A DNA stretch of 64,000 nt, from positions 416,001-480,000 of the forward strand of contig CAWJSK010000012.1 of assembly GCA_963845535.1 (NCBI GenBank). Reading direction: 5' to 3'. The notes below the pieces were generated by a model that worked only from the letters and a program-made list of their open reading frames with translations, made no database searches and had not been told where the DNA came from. Positions within the stretch are counted from its first letter, which is position 1, and each line of letters starts with the position of its first letter. This DNA comes from an uncultured Spirochaetota bacterium (lineage in GTDB: Bacteria; Spirochaetota; Spirochaetia; SZUA-6; Fen-1364). The translations under genes and the position numbers were made by a program. Of this stretch, positions 39,405 through 49,991 are shown piece by piece.

Positions 39405-40199
39405 TCACTCCCCGTACATGGCCCGCGTGCTGCCGGCCATCATGGATACCGCGGCCCCTCGAGGCATGAGCCGCATGGCAGCGTGCGCCATGCGCGCCTT
39501 GGCGCCGGGGATCAGGAGGTTTCGATGCCCAAGGGCTCGCAGGGTCTCCCGCGCCGCAAGACCGGGCTCGATGTCCACGGGCGTCCGCCTGGCATCCGCG
39601 GGCCGCGAGGCAAGATAGTTGGGCGTGCGCACCACGGCAGGGCAGCAAGCCAGAACATCGACGCCCTTGGGTTTCAGCTCCACCGCCAGGCCCTCGGCCA
39701 GGGAAAGGAGAAATGCTTTTGTCGCGCTGTACACCGTGACGTACGGAGAGCCCTGAAAGGCCGCCATGCTCGACATGACAATGATGCCTCCGCGCCGGCG
39801 CTCGATCATTCGCGGCGCGCAGGCGTCAATGAGAGCGAGGGCGCCAAAGCAATTCACGTCGATCACGTGCCGGTACTTGGCGAGGTCCGCCTTGAAGAAG
39901 GGCCCCTCATGGGAGGAAGCCGCGTTGCACACGAGGAGGCCGACGTCCGCCGACTTGGCCTGCCGCATAACCTCGTCCAGCCCGGTTTTTGACCCAAGAT
40001 CCACCGCCACGGTCCGCACCTCCACGCCATGGCTGCCGCGAAGCCGCTGGGCTGTCTGATCCAGCGGTCCTGGCCGGCGCGCAACGAGGATCAGGTTCAG
40101 GCCCAGCGCCGCAATATCCTCGGCAAACGCCGCTCCCAGGCCTTCGGAGCCTCCGGCCACAAGCGCCCACGGCCCGTACTTTTTCCCAAACGCTTCCAT
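39405..40199 (-). CDS. Short-chain dehydrogenase/reductase
   Basis: YGPWALVAGGSEGLG, LLVCNAA, MSSMAA, YSATK. Confidence 0.9.
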   Translation of the reverse strand: MEAFGKKYGPWALVAGGSEGLGAAFAEDIAALGLNLILVARRPGPLDQTAQRLRGSHGVEVRTVAVDLGSKTGLDEVMRQAKSADVGLLVCNAASSHEGPFFKADLAKYRHVIDVNCFGALALIDACAPRMIERRRGGIIVMSSMAAFQGSPYVTVYSATKAFLLSLAEGLAVELKPKGVDVLACCPAVVRTPNYLASRPADARRTPVDIEPGLAARETLRALGHRNLLIPGAKARMAHAAMRLMPRGAAVSMMAGSTRAMYGE

Positions 40200-40303
40200 G
40201 CCTCCCCCTTGTCCAGGATAATACTGTTGGACGAGACGGCGTGCAAACGCCAACCCCCCACTGTTTGCCGAGGAACAGGGAACCCCAGTATCATAGGGGA
40301 ATC

Positions 40304-41608
40304 ATGCCGCTTCGCAAGGCAATAACGCTCCGCCATGCCGTGGCCCTCTACGTCAGCTCCGTCCTGGGCTCGGGCGTCCTCGTCCTGCCCGGCCTCGCCG
40401 CAAAGCTGGCCGGCCCCGCGTCCCTTGTCGCGTGGGTCCTGCTCGGCCTGGCCAGCTATCCCTTTGCGTATACCTTTGCTTCCCTCTCCGCCCGAAAGCC
40501 GGAGTCTGGAGGCGTCTACGCATTCGCGCGGGAGGCTTTCGGACCGCATGCCGCGGCAGCGGCCGGCTGGCTCTTCGGGCTGTGGTTAATTGCAGGGGCG
40601 CCCGCCGTGACGCTCATTGCGGCGTCCTATCTCGGCTACGCGTTCCCCATGAGCAAGCTGGAAATGTACCTGATCGGATACGCGGTGATCTTCATTCCCT
40701 ATGTCATCAACCTGCGCGGCATCGTGTTCAGCAACCGGATCCAACTGGGCATCGTTGTCGCCATCCTTGCGCTTCTCGTGATCGCCGTGGCTTTCTCCAT
40801 CGGGTCGGTGCGGCTCTCCAGCTTTGTCCCGTTCCTTCCGGCCGGCCTCCTGCCGGTGGGCACCGCGGCGGCGCTCATCTTCTGGTCGTACCTCGGCTAC
40901 GAGAACGTGTCCAATGTGGCGGAAGAGTTCCGGGACCCGAAGCGGGATTTCCACAGGAGCGTCGTGCTCAGCGTGGTGGTGATCGGGCTGCTCTATCTCT
41001 CGGTGGCCTTCGTCACGGTGGGGACAAAGGCATATGAGGCCGGAGGGAGCGTCGCCCCCTTTGCGGCAATCTTCTCGCGCGTGCTCGGGGGCTACGGCGC
41101 CGCGGGGACCTCGATCCTGGCCCTCGTGATCATCTTCGGGACGGTGAACGCGTACATGGCCGGCATGTCGCGAGTGGCGTTGGCCGTTGCCAGGGATGGC
41201 GCCCTTCCCCGCATCTTCGCGGAGGTGAGCGGCAAAACCGGTGCGCCGACGCGGGCCCTCACGCTGCTCACCGGCCTATCCCTGGCGGTCCTGATCTTCT
41301 ACTACGTGTTCGACGTGAACCTGACAACGGCCCTCCTGATACCGAGCGGAGCGGCTGTCCTGGTCTATGTGATCGGTTCCGCGGCGGGCGCGAAGCTGCT
41401 CAAGGATCACGGCTTCCTGAAGGCCCTGCCGTGGATATCGCTTGCCATTTCCGTGGCAGTGCTGCCGTTCGTTGGACCGCTTGCCGCGGTGGCGGTCCTC
41501 ACCGCCCTGGCCGCGTCAGCGTACAGCTTGATTCTTGGGCGCAAGCGCAGGCGGGGCGTCCCGCGCGCCACGACCCCTGGGGCTCCCTCCGCCGGCGCAC
41601 AGTCCTGA
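40304..41608 (+). CDS. APC-family amino acid permease (YjeH-like)
   Basis: LGSGVLVLPG, GPASLVAW, FWSYLGYENV..AEEFRDPKRDF. Confidence 0.88.
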   Translation: MPLRKAITLRHAVALYVSSVLGSGVLVLPGLAAKLAGPASLVAWVLLGLASYPFAYTFASLSARKPESGGVYAFAREAFGPHAAAAAGWLFGLWLIAGAPAVTLIAASYLGYAFPMSKLEMYLIGYAVIFIPYVINLRGIVFSNRIQLGIVVAILALLVIAVAFSIGSVRLSSFVPFLPAGLLPVGTAAALIFWSYLGYENVSNVAEEFRDPKRDFHRSVVLSVVVIGLLYLSVAFVTVGTKAYEAGGSVAPFAAIFSRVLGGYGAAGTSILALVIIFGTVNAYMAGMSRVALAVARDGALPRIFAEVSGKTGAPTRALTLLTGLSLAVLIFYYVFDVNLTTALLIPSGAAVLVYVIGSAAGAKLLKDHGFLKALPWISLAISVAVLPFVGPLAAVAVLTALAASAYSLILGRKRRRGVPRATTPGAPSAGAQS

Positions 41609-41612
41609 TCCC

Positions 41613-42812
41613 CTACTTTGCCGCTTCGAGCGCCATGGGGAGCATTGCGTAGAAAGCGCTGCACGTGACGAGGTCATCCACGCGCGTGTACTCGTTGGGC
41701 GCGTGGGCTTTGTCTTCATCCCCAGGGCCAAAGCCGATTGTCGGAATGCCGTGCTTGCCGCAGATGGCCACGCCGTTCGTGCTGAATGTCCACTTCCCCA
41801 CCTCGGGGTCTTTGTCGAAGAGGGCCTTGTGAGCTTTCCTGCCTGCCGTCACAAGGGGATGGTCCTCTGCGATTTTCCACGTGGGAAAGTACAGATCCTG
41901 GCGGTAGCTTGCCCCGTTCCAACCCTTCCCGTCGTAGGCGGGCATCCCGACTTTCTCCGCGTCCTTGCCCATGGACTTTCGCACCTGCTCGAGCGCGATC
42001 TCCGCGGTCTCACCCCACGTGAGCCTCCTGTCCATGTAGAGGCTGCCCTGGTCGGGGACGGCGCACTGGCTCGGGCCGTGGACCTCCACTTTGGAGACAA
42101 CGATGGTTCCCTTCCCGAGGAACTCGTCGAAGGCGAGCTTGTCGTTGAGCTTCTCGATGGAGAGGGCGGCGCGCGCGGCTTTATAGGCGGCGCTCTCCCC
42201 ACGCTCGGGGGCGCTTCCATGCGCGGAGATCCCGCGCACCGCTGCTTCGATTTCCATGCGGCCTCGGTGCCCGCGATAGAGACGGCACGTGGTGGGCTCC
42301 GTGGAAACGGCGAAATCAGGCTTGAAACCTTCCTTCTCGATGAGATACAGCCAGCACAATCCGTCGCAGTCCTCTTCGAGGACGGTGAACGTAAAGTACA
42401 CGGAGAACTCCCCGGCGTACCCCATTTCATGAAGGATTCGGCCGGCTGCTATCATTGACGCTGCTCCGCCCTTCTGGTCCGAGGCGCCCCGGCCCAGGAC
42501 GCGTCCGTCCTTGATGGTCCCGGAGAACGGATCTGTCTCCCAGCGAGCCCTGTCACCGACGCCCACGGTGTCGATGTGGGCGTCGATGGCAAGCTTGCGC
42601 GGGCCCTTACCCACGCGCCCGATGACGCTTCCCAGCCCGTCGATTCGGACCTCGTCGAAGCCGGCCTCCCGACAGAGGGATTCGATCTTCCGGCAGACGT
42701 TTTCCTCTTTTCCGCTGAAAGAAGGGATCTTCACGATTGAGGACAAAGTCTCCGCGGAGTAATCCCGGAGCTTCCTCGCCGCTGCGAGCACCTGCGCGTG
42801 TGTGTCTTTCAT
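41613..42812 (-). CDS. ygeY: YgeY family M20 hydrolase
   Basis: DAHIDTV, GRGASDQKGG, EEDCDGLCW, RGHRGR, SAHGSAPERG, WTFSTNGV, AHAPNE. Confidence 0.93.
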   Translation of the reverse strand: MKDTHAQVLAAARKLRDYSAETLSSIVKIPSFSGKEENVCRKIESLCREAGFDEVRIDGLGSVIGRVGKGPRKLAIDAHIDTVGVGDRARWETDPFSGTIKDGRVLGRGASDQKGGAASMIAAGRILHEMGYAGEFSVYFTFTVLEEDCDGLCWLYLIEKEGFKPDFAVSTEPTTCRLYRGHRGRMEIEAAVRGISAHGSAPERGESAAYKAARAALSIEKLNDKLAFDEFLGKGTIVVSKVEVHGPSQCAVPDQGSLYMDRRLTWGETAEIALEQVRKSMGKDAEKVGMPAYDGKGWNGASYRQDLYFPTWKIAEDHPLVTAGRKAHKALFDKDPEVGKWTFSTNGVAICGKHGIPTIGFGPGDEDKAHAPNEYTRVDDLVTCSAFYAMLPMALEAAK

Positions 42813-42891
42813 GGCGAGGCAATTATGAAGGGAAGCCCCGTTCTCTGCAAGCGCAAGTGCGCAGGCGCGCGCAGGCGGCAGGAGCCGAACG

Positions 42892-43699
42892 TTATGACCC
42901 GAACGGATCATCCGAGGTGATCGATACTCCCTGGAGCGCAGCCAGGAGGTCCTTGTACGCGCTGGTCTTGCCCGTCAAGGCCTGGTAGTTGGCCGAAAAA
43001 GTCGCTCCGCCCGTCTGGACGATCCTCGAAGCCGCAAAACCCAGCGACAGCATCCAGTAAATGTAGACGATCCCGCACCCCGTGCTGACGCCGTCCGTAT
43101 CGGTCTGCTCGGTCATGCTGATCCAATCCGGACGGCCGGCCTGGTCCCACGCCGGGCCGGTAGCGAACCCGTCGAGAGTGCCGGGAGGAGTCGCCTGCTC
43201 GGAGCAGAACCGGGACAACGCCTCCCCGTTGGAGAACCCGCAGCCCCATCCCTTGTTCTGGGGTCCCATGAACGACTCGGAAAGCTCGGCGACATACAGG
43301 CCGATCTCCAGGTCCAGGGCAGCAGGGGTTCCAAGGGCAAAAGTCGCGTCAAGGTACAGGTCCCCGCCCGCGGTGAAATCGCAGCCGTAATGATAGGCTC
43401 CCCCGGAGCCATCGTTTTTCCCGCTCAGGGGCGCAATGATAACGTTGACGGCCGCGCCCATGATCCCGAAAAGAGTCTGAAGGTTGTCGTATGGGCTGCT
43501 GACCGCGCCGAGCATCTGCCCGGCGAGGCTGGCGCCCTGGCCGCCAAGGGACGTGGCGTAGGAAACAGTGACTTTCCCGGCCGTGCCAACCTGGGTGACG
43601 GGGTAATCGAGCTTTGCAGGCCTTGGCTTTTGCGGTCTCGGCCGCTGTTCTCTCCCTGCGGAAGCCGTCACGGGGAAGAAGCTCTCTTCGTGGTTTCAT
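42892..43699 (-). CDS. Hypothetical protein, probable frameshift near the 5' end (main ORF 42892-43671)
   Basis: Main ORF has a protein-like composition (GAYHYGCDF, AELSESF, GWGCGFSNGEALSR, STGCG). ATG 43699 follows a GGAG element but is in another frame. Confidence 0.65.
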
Positions 43700-43795
43700 T
43701 TTGTCCGCTCCGTCATGCGTCTCTCATGCTCAATGATACCACTCGAACGGCATTTCGGTGGCTCTATGATGAACGACAGGCAGCGGGTCACTCAG

Positions 43796-43824
43796 AAAAG
43801 CGAGGCGGCCTTTCGGCCGCCTCG
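43796..43824 (-). terminator. Rho-independent terminator after rhaS
   Basis: Perfect 10-bp stem cgaggcggcc-tttc-ggccgcctcg, followed by CTTTT on the minus strand. Confidence 0.8.
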
Positions 43825-43831
43825 GAGCACT

Positions 43832-44860
43832 CTAGTATACCGTCTTCCACTCTTCGATGTTGGTCTTGTCGAACTTGAACGGGGGCCCAAGAAGGACCTC
43901 AGTCCCGCCATCAGGCGCCTGCGTGATGGTGTAGTTGCCAAGACGTCCAGCGGTGAACTTCTCACCGACTTTGCCGGTGATCTTGCCGCTCACGAGCGCG
44001 GTGGCGACCCACGAGCCCAGGTACCCGACGTCGATCGGGTTCCAGAGGAACATGTACGGGCACACGCCGTTCTCGATGTAGGTGGCCATCTCAGACGGAA
44101 GTCCCAGGCCGGTGAGGAACACCTTGCCGGCGAGGTGCTTGTCCGTGAGGACCTTGCCCGCCGCGGCGATTCCTACCGTGGTGGGGGCAATGATGGCCTT
44201 CAGGTTGGGGTAGGACTTCAGAAGACCTTCGGCCTCGGAAACCGACTTGTCGCGGATGTCGTCACCGTAGGCGATCTTCACGAGCTTGACGTTGACGTAC
44301 TTCGGGTCCGCAAGCTCTTTCTTCATGTAGTCGATCCAGAGGTTCTGGTTCGTCGCCTGACTGGTGGCGGAGAGGATGGCAATCTCCCCTTTCCCGCCGA
44401 TCATGTCGGAGGCGGCCTGGACGAGCGTCCGGCCGATCTTCTCCGAGTCAGCCTGGTTCACGTGAACCAGACGGCTCTGCGGGTTGACCGCGGAGTCCAG
44501 GGAGAACACCTTGATCCCCTGGCTCATGGCCTTCTGGAGGACAGGCTGCAGCGCGTCCTTGTCGTTGCCAACGATGCAGATCGCAGCGACTCTCTGGGAG
44601 ATCAGCTGCTCGATGATCTGGATCTGCGCCTCAGCGGTCGGCTGGTCCGGCGCGCGAAGGATGGCCTGGAAGCCCTGCTCCTCGATCCCTGTCTTGAACC
44701 CGCCCATCTGCTTGTCACCATACGGGTTGCCCGTGTTCTTGAACACGATGGCATAGTTCTTCGACACGGGCTTTGCGCACCCGACGGCGAAGAACATCAG
44801 TGACAATGCGACAGCCGCGAAACCGGTGATCACGGCCCCTTTGAGAACGCCTCTCTTCAT
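43832..44860 (-). CDS. rhaS: Rhamnose-type sugar ABC transporter substrate-binding lipoprotein
   Basis: Lipobox AVGC, KNTGNPY, ILSATSQATNQNLWI, IIAPTTVG, LTGLGLPSEM, LWNPIDVGY. Confidence 0.82.
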   Translation of the reverse strand: MKRGVLKGAVITGFAAVALSLMFFAVGCAKPVSKNYAIVFKNTGNPYGDKQMGGFKTGIEEQGFQAILRAPDQPTAEAQIQIIEQLISQRVAAICIVGNDKDALQPVLQKAMSQGIKVFSLDSAVNPQSRLVHVNQADSEKIGRTLVQAASDMIGGKGEIAILSATSQATNQNLWIDYMKKELADPKYVNVKLVKIAYGDDIRDKSVSEAEGLLKSYPNLKAIIAPTTVGIAAAGKVLTDKHLAGKVFLTGLGLPSEMATYIENGVCPYMFLWNPIDVGYLGSWVATALVSGKITGKVGEKFTAGRLGNYTITQAPDGGTEVLLGPPFKFDKTNIEEWKTVY

Positions 44861-44872
44861 AAATACCTCCTC

Positions 44873-45914
44873 TTAGGAAATAGGTTCGTCCGGTTGAGCC
44901 TTCGCGGACACAGATTTGGCCGCTGGGGGAACCGAACTCTTGTGCGAACCACGAGATCCTGAGATTAAGGACTAGAACGGAAAGGATCAACAACAACCCG
45001 ACGATTATCAAGAGCACTTGCGCCTGGATGTTCACGAGCCCAAGGCCGTAATTCAGGAACCCGATGATGAAGATGGCAAGCAGCGGTCCCGCGATCCTCC
45101 CCTTGCCGCCGGAGGTGCTCACGCCGCCCAGGACGACCATGGCGATCACCGACAGCTCATAGCCCTGCGCCACGTTCGGCCGCGTGCTGCCCATGCGCGA
45201 GGTGAGGAAAAGCGCCGTGAACCCCGCCATGAGGCCGGTGAGCACGCTCACGATCATGATGATGGAGTCCGTCTTGACCCCCGAGTAGCGCGACGCGGTG
45301 AGGTTGCTCCCCATGGCGTAGATCCTCCGCCCGAAGCTCGTCTTGTGCAGAAGGAGCCCGAAAACGACTGCGCAGACTGCGAACGCAATGAGGATGATGG
45401 GCACCCCGCCCACCGAGCTCCAGCCAAGGGCCGAATACCACTTCGGGAAGTTCCCGGCGGCCTGATCCTGCAGGATCACATACGCAATGCCGCGGTAGAT
45501 GATCATGGTTGCCAGGGTCACGATGACCGACGAGAGCTCCTTGAACTTCGTCATGAGGAGGCCGTTGAAGAAGCCGCATGCGCTGGCCACGAGCAGGCAG
45601 AGGATGACGGCGGGCACCATGGGCAGGCCCGCATTGTAGGCCACGGCCATGACCACCGCGGAAAGGGCCACCGTGGAGCCCACCGAGATGTCTATGTTCC
45701 CCAGGATGATGACCATCGTCATGGGGAGCACCAGGAAGGCCATGTCGAGGAACGTCATTGGGGTCTGGAGGAACGTGTCAGCGGACAAATAGTAGGGGGA
45801 GAGAATACTGTTGACGATGTTGACGGCGATGAATATGAGGACGAGCAGCCACTCCCACTGGAGGAAGAACGTGCGCCAGCTCCACAGCCTCTCGACCCGA
45901 ATGGATCTTTCCAC
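44873..45914 (-). CDS. Sugar ABC permease (RhaQ-like), probable frameshift at ~44945
   Basis: IDISVGS, TSFGRRIYAMGSN, SRMGSTRPN, VVLGGVSTSGGKG. The alternative frame ends at TAA 44873 just before the rhaS RBS. Confidence 0.85.
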
Positions 45915-45925
45915 CGATGTTGCTC

Positions 45926-46912
45926 CTAGATCGCGCGTCTTCGCAACGCGAAGCGCTGGTTGTTTCTCTTGACCACGACGTTCGTAAGAACCGCTGCCAG
46001 GATCACGATCCCCTGGATGGCCTGCTGCCAGAAAGGAGAAACGTCGATGAGCGGCAGGGCGTTGTTCAGGATGCCCAGAAGTATGGTCCCCAGGATCAGA
46101 CCGGAGACTTTGCCGCTTCCCCCCGCAATGCTCACGCCGCCGAGCACGGTGGCCGCGATGACGGACAGCTCGAAACCGGTTGCCGTGTCACTCTGCGCGG
46201 AGGCGAACTTTGCCACCCAGATCACGCCTCCCAGCCCCGAGAGGGCGCCCATGAGCGCGTAAACGAGCAAGATGATCCGCCGGCGGGGAATGCCCGAGAT
46301 ATCAGCCGCTTCCGGGTTGGATCCCACCGCGTAGATCTGCCGCCCCGTGCGCATATGGTTGATGAAATAGAAGAAAAGCACGTTGATCACAACGGCAATG
46401 ATGATGGGATTGCTCACTCCGAGCAGTTGGCCGGTTGCGATCTGCTTGAAATCGTGCGACATCTGGTAGGAGCTCACCCATGCCCCCCCGCTGATGACGT
46501 AGGTCAAGCCACGGATGACGTTCATGGTGCCAAGGGTGGCAATGATGGGCAGCACATTGTAGCGCGCCACGAGGAGCCCGTTAAGGACGCCCGCCGCGGT
46601 GCCCACCGCCATTGCCTCCAGGACGGACACAACAGGGGAAACCCCCCGGAAGTACTGCACGGTCAGGGCGCTCACCATGCCGGCAATGGCCAGCGTGGAA
46701 CCGACGGAGAGATCAATGCCGCGCGTGAGGATCACCATCATCATGCCGACGGACATGATGCTGAGGATGGCCGTGTTGGTAAGGAGGTCCTGGATGTTCT
46801 CCAGGGTGAGGAAGGCGTGGTTACGGATCTGGACGATGGCGCAGATCACGATGATGAAACCGAGCAGACCCAGCTCACGGAAGCTCTCCGTGAATGATCC
46901 GGACCGCCTCAT
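45926..46912 (-). CDS. Sugar ABC permease (RhaP-like)
   Basis: GIDLSVGS, GRQIYAVGSNPEAA, GFELSVIAATVLGGVSIAGGSG. Confidence 0.9.
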   Translation of the reverse strand: MRRSGSFTESFRELGLLGFIIVICAIVQIRNHAFLTLENIQDLLTNTAILSIMSVGMMMVILTRGIDLSVGSTLAIAGMVSALTVQYFRGVSPVVSVLEAMAVGTAAGVLNGLLVARYNVLPIIATLGTMNVIRGLTYVISGGAWVSSYQMSHDFKQIATGQLLGVSNPIIIAVVINVLFFYFINHMRTGRQIYAVGSNPEAADISGIPRRRIILLVYALMGALSGLGGVIWVAKFASAQSDTATGFELSVIAATVLGGVSIAGGSGKVSGLILGTILLGILNNALPLIDVSPFWQQAIQGIVILAAVLTNVVVKRNNQRFALRRRAI

Positions 46913-48411
46913 GCGTTCACCGTTTCCGGCATTGCGGCGCGAAGGATCTGCTCCTGGGACGCGGAGGCCGTGTCGAGGATGCCCGCGACCCTCCCCTCCC
47001 TCATGACGAGGATCCTGTCGCTCATGCCGAGCACTTCCGGCATCTCCGAAGAAACCATGATGATCCCGTACCCCATGTCCGCCAGGTCGTTCATGATGTT
47101 GAAAATGGCGGTCTTGGCCCCCACGTCGACTCCTTTGGTCGGTTCATCCAGGATGATGACCTTCATTGTGCCCGCAAGCAGCTTGGCGACGATGATCTTC
47201 TGCTGGTTCCCGCCCGACAAGGTGGCCGCAAGGTCGAACACGCTCCCTGCCCTCACCTCCAGCTTTTCCGCAAGCTCCTTGGTGATGGCATTCTCCTTGC
47301 GAGGATGGAGCCACCCGAAGGTACCGAACTGCTTGAGGGTGGGAAGCGTGACGTTCTTGGAAAGCTCCCATTCCAGCACGAGCCCCTGGCGCAGACGGTC
47401 CTCCGGAAGGTAGCCAATTCCTTTTTCGATTGCCTGGGCGGGGTTGGAGATATGCAGTTCCTTGCCCTCCAGGAAAACGCGTCCCTTGTCGGCGTGGGTC
47501 ACTCCGTAGATGGCTTCGCACACCTCGGTGCGCCCGGCGCCAATCAGGCCCGTCATGGCGAGGATTTCTCCCTTTTTCACGGAGAAGGATACGTCCTTGA
47601 AGAAGCCGGTGCGGGAGAGCCCTTCCACCCGGAAGACCTCTTCCCCGATCTTTACCTTGCGTTTCGGGAAAAACTGGGTGATCTCACGGCCAACCATGGC
47701 CATGATGAGGTCTTCCCGCCTTACCTCGTTGAGGTTCCATGTCCCCACGTAGCGCGCATCTCGGAAGACGGTCACCCGCGTTGCCAGCCGGTACATGTCC
47801 TCCATGCGGTGCGAAATGAAGATGATGGAGACGCCCTTGTCGCGAAGGCTCTCCGTTGTGCGGTAGAGGTCTTCACTCTCCCGCGCCGTGAGGGGGGCCG
47901 TGGGCTCATCCATGATCATGATGCGCGCGTTGGCGGAGAGCGCCTTGGCTATCTCCACGATCTGCTGCTGCGCCACCGAGAGGTTCCCCATGAGCGCCCG
48001 AGGGTCGAAATCCGCATCAAGCTGCGCGAGCAGCTCTCCGGCCCTGTCATGGAGGTCTCTCCAGTCGATCTTGCGCGAAACGGGGTTGACCTTCTCATGC
48101 CCGATGAAGATGTTCTCCGTGACGGACAGGTCCGGGTAGCAGGTGACGTGCTGGTAGATGGCGGCAATCCCGAGCCTCTGGGAATCCGCCGTGCTGTGAA
48201 TCTCAACCGGTGCTCCATCCAGCAGGATCTGCCCCGAGTCCGGCTGGTACACACCCGTGATCACCTTGATGAGGGTGGATTTGCCGGCTCCGTTCTCCCC
48301 GATCAAGGCGTGGATCTCCCCCTGCTTCAGGTCGAAACGCACGTCGTTGAGTGCTTTCACCCCGGGGAACGTCTTTGTGATATGTGCAAGCTCAAGGATG
48401 CGATCAGCCAA
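46909..48411 (-). CDS. Sugar ABC ATP-binding protein (RhaT/RbsA-like, two NBDs)
   Basis: GENGAGKST, MDEPT, LSGGNQQK, LDEPTKGVDVGAK. TTG start after AGGAG. Confidence 0.93.
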   Translation of the reverse strand: MADRILELAHITKTFPGVKALNDVRFDLKQGEIHALIGENGAGKSTLIKVITGVYQPDSGQILLDGAPVEIHSTADSQRLGIAAIYQHVTCYPDLSVTENIFIGHEKVNPVSRKIDWRDLHDRAGELLAQLDADFDPRALMGNLSVAQQQIVEIAKALSANARIMIMDEPTAPLTARESEDLYRTTESLRDKGVSIIFISHRMEDMYRLATRVTVFRDARYVGTWNLNEVRREDLIMAMVGREITQFFPKRKVKIGEEVFRVEGLSRTGFFKDVSFSVKKGEILAMTGLIGAGRTEVCEAIYGVTHADKGRVFLEGKELHISNPAQAIEKGIGYLPEDRLRQGLVLEWELSKNVTLPTLKQFGTFGWLHPRKENAITKELAEKLEVRAGSVFDLAATLSGGNQQKIIVAKLLAGTMKVIILDEPTKGVDVGAKTAIFNIMNDLADMGYGIIMVSSEMPEVLGMSDRILVMREGRVAGILDTASASQEQILRAAMPETVNA

Positions 48412-48426
48412 TTTGTCGGACTCCTG

Positions 48427-49869
48427 TCAACAGACCCTCAGACACTCGATTTTGAGGAGATGCGCGAGCTTGTCAACCCTGTCAGCAAGGTGACCCACGC
48501 CGATGGCACAGTGATGGGCAGGCCCCGCCTTCGACCACGCGTCCGTGAATTGGCGCGCCGAAAGAGGGAAGCGGTACCTGCTGTTGGTATTTCCGATCTG
48601 GAGGGTCGGGCCGGGGACCGACTCACCCTCCGCTGTGAGGAGGAACGTGGTGCCGCCCTTTCCCTGCACCACCGAAAGCAGAGTGACGGGCCCGTGGCGC
48701 ACGCTCATCTGGATGGAAAGGCCTTTGCCCGGCTTTCCGTGGTAGACGGGGAGCGGAACGAGCCCCACGGGACCCTCCGCGATTGCCGGGTGCGCCGGGC
48801 CGTCATGGCCCCACAGCACCACGTCATCCGTGAAGTCGATGGCGTAGAGCTCCGAAAATGATCCCCCCGCGCCGAAGCTGTCCATGATCTTCATGGCGAG
48901 GGCGTTCTTCACCTCGCACTCACCCGCCACGGGCACGTGATGGGAGGTGAGGAGCGTAGTGCCGGCGATGACCGAGGTGACGACGTCTTCATGCTCGCTG
49001 CCGGGCGTGCCTTCGTAGTAATAGGCCAGGGCGCCGAGCCGCAGGTCGGAAACCAGGGAATCGAGCGCGCACGAGGTGCGGGCGGCGCGCTCCAGCTCCT
49101 CTTTCCCGCACTCCGGAGAAACGCGGAACTCTTTCTGGAGCTGGGAGAGTTTCTGGCGGACGGCATCCGTCTCCACCTCGTCTCGGCGTTGCTTGAGCTG
49201 GTCCATTTCAATGAGCTCGAAGTGGCAGCCGAACACGGATGCAAGGCGCGTCACGTCCGTGTAGACGTCGAGCATTCCATTGTAGTAGCGGCCGAGGATG
49301 CCCACGCGCGCGTCACGAAGCTCCCTTCGGACGCTGATGGCGTCCACCCACGCGCTGATCTGTTCCCAGGCGTAGCTGTCCTCCAGCCACCCGGTCACGA
49401 GGTTGTAATCCACCCCGCAGGTGTTGAAGACATTGGCGATCTCAGGGGCGCAACAGGCCTGGCAGTGCGCGAGCCATTCCCCGGTCATGACGCCGCGGTC
49501 ACCAAGGGAATTGAACTTCTCATAGTCGATGGCGGGCACGGGTTGGAGATTCAGCACGATGATGGGAACCCCGGCCCGCTGCGCCACGGGCAGCACGGTG
49601 TGGGAAAGGGCGTAGGTGGAAATGTAGAGGAAGATGGCATCCACGGATTTCTCGCCGAAGAGCCGCGCAGCCTCCCGCGCCTTGTCCGGTGAATCCACCA
49701 GTCCCGCGTCCTCCACGTGGGCCCCGAATGTGGAAAGGCGGGCCGCAATGGAGCGTTGATATCCCTGCAACCGCTCCTTCAGTCCTTTGAACTGAGGCCA
49801 ATACGTGTCCAGGCCAATGCCGAAAAGCCCCAGCCTGCAGGTCGCGCCCGCCCCCATCTGTCGGTGCAT
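48427..49869 (-). CDS. L-fucose/L-arabinose isomerase family protein (second, divergent subfamily)
   Basis: LGLFGIGLDTYWPQF, WLAHCQAC, VAGECEVKN, GHDGPAH, GNTNSRYRF, GPAHHCAIGVGH. Confidence 0.85.
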   Translation of the reverse strand: MHRQMGAGATCRLGLFGIGLDTYWPQFKGLKERLQGYQRSIAARLSTFGAHVEDAGLVDSPDKAREAARLFGEKSVDAIFLYISTYALSHTVLPVAQRAGVPIIVLNLQPVPAIDYEKFNSLGDRGVMTGEWLAHCQACCAPEIANVFNTCGVDYNLVTGWLEDSYAWEQISAWVDAISVRRELRDARVGILGRYYNGMLDVYTDVTRLASVFGCHFELIEMDQLKQRRDEVETDAVRQKLSQLQKEFRVSPECGKEELERAARTSCALDSLVSDLRLGALAYYYEGTPGSEHEDVVTSVIAGTTLLTSHHVPVAGECEVKNALAMKIMDSFGAGGSFSELYAIDFTDDVVLWGHDGPAHPAIAEGPVGLVPLPVYHGKPGKGLSIQMSVRHGPVTLLSVVQGKGGTTFLLTAEGESVPGPTLQIGNTNSRYRFPLSARQFTDAWSKAGPAHHCAIGVGHLADRVDKLAHLLKIECLRVC

Positions 49870-49902
49870 TGCTTCTCAGTATCCAACAGCTATCCGGTCG
49901 CA

Positions 49903-49962
49903 GGAATGGACTATTCTTTCAAGCGGATGGAACAAATCGGCCGGGATGGACAAAACTTGTCC
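49903..49962. promoter_or_regulatory. Three ATGGA direct repeats (21 and 19 bp apart) plus palindrome GGACAA-N3-TTGTCC, candidate AraC sites
   Basis: atgga at 49906, 49927 and 49946, in the divergent isomerase/AraC intergenic region. Confidence 0.45.
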
Positions 49963-49991
49963 GGGAGGGAGAAAAGAGGTATAAGGACGGG

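Noticed and set aside
44715..44872. C-terminal extension of the permease overlapping rhaS by 146 bp
   Set aside because: Best explained by a frameshift near 44945; the alternative frame stops just before the rhaS RBS.
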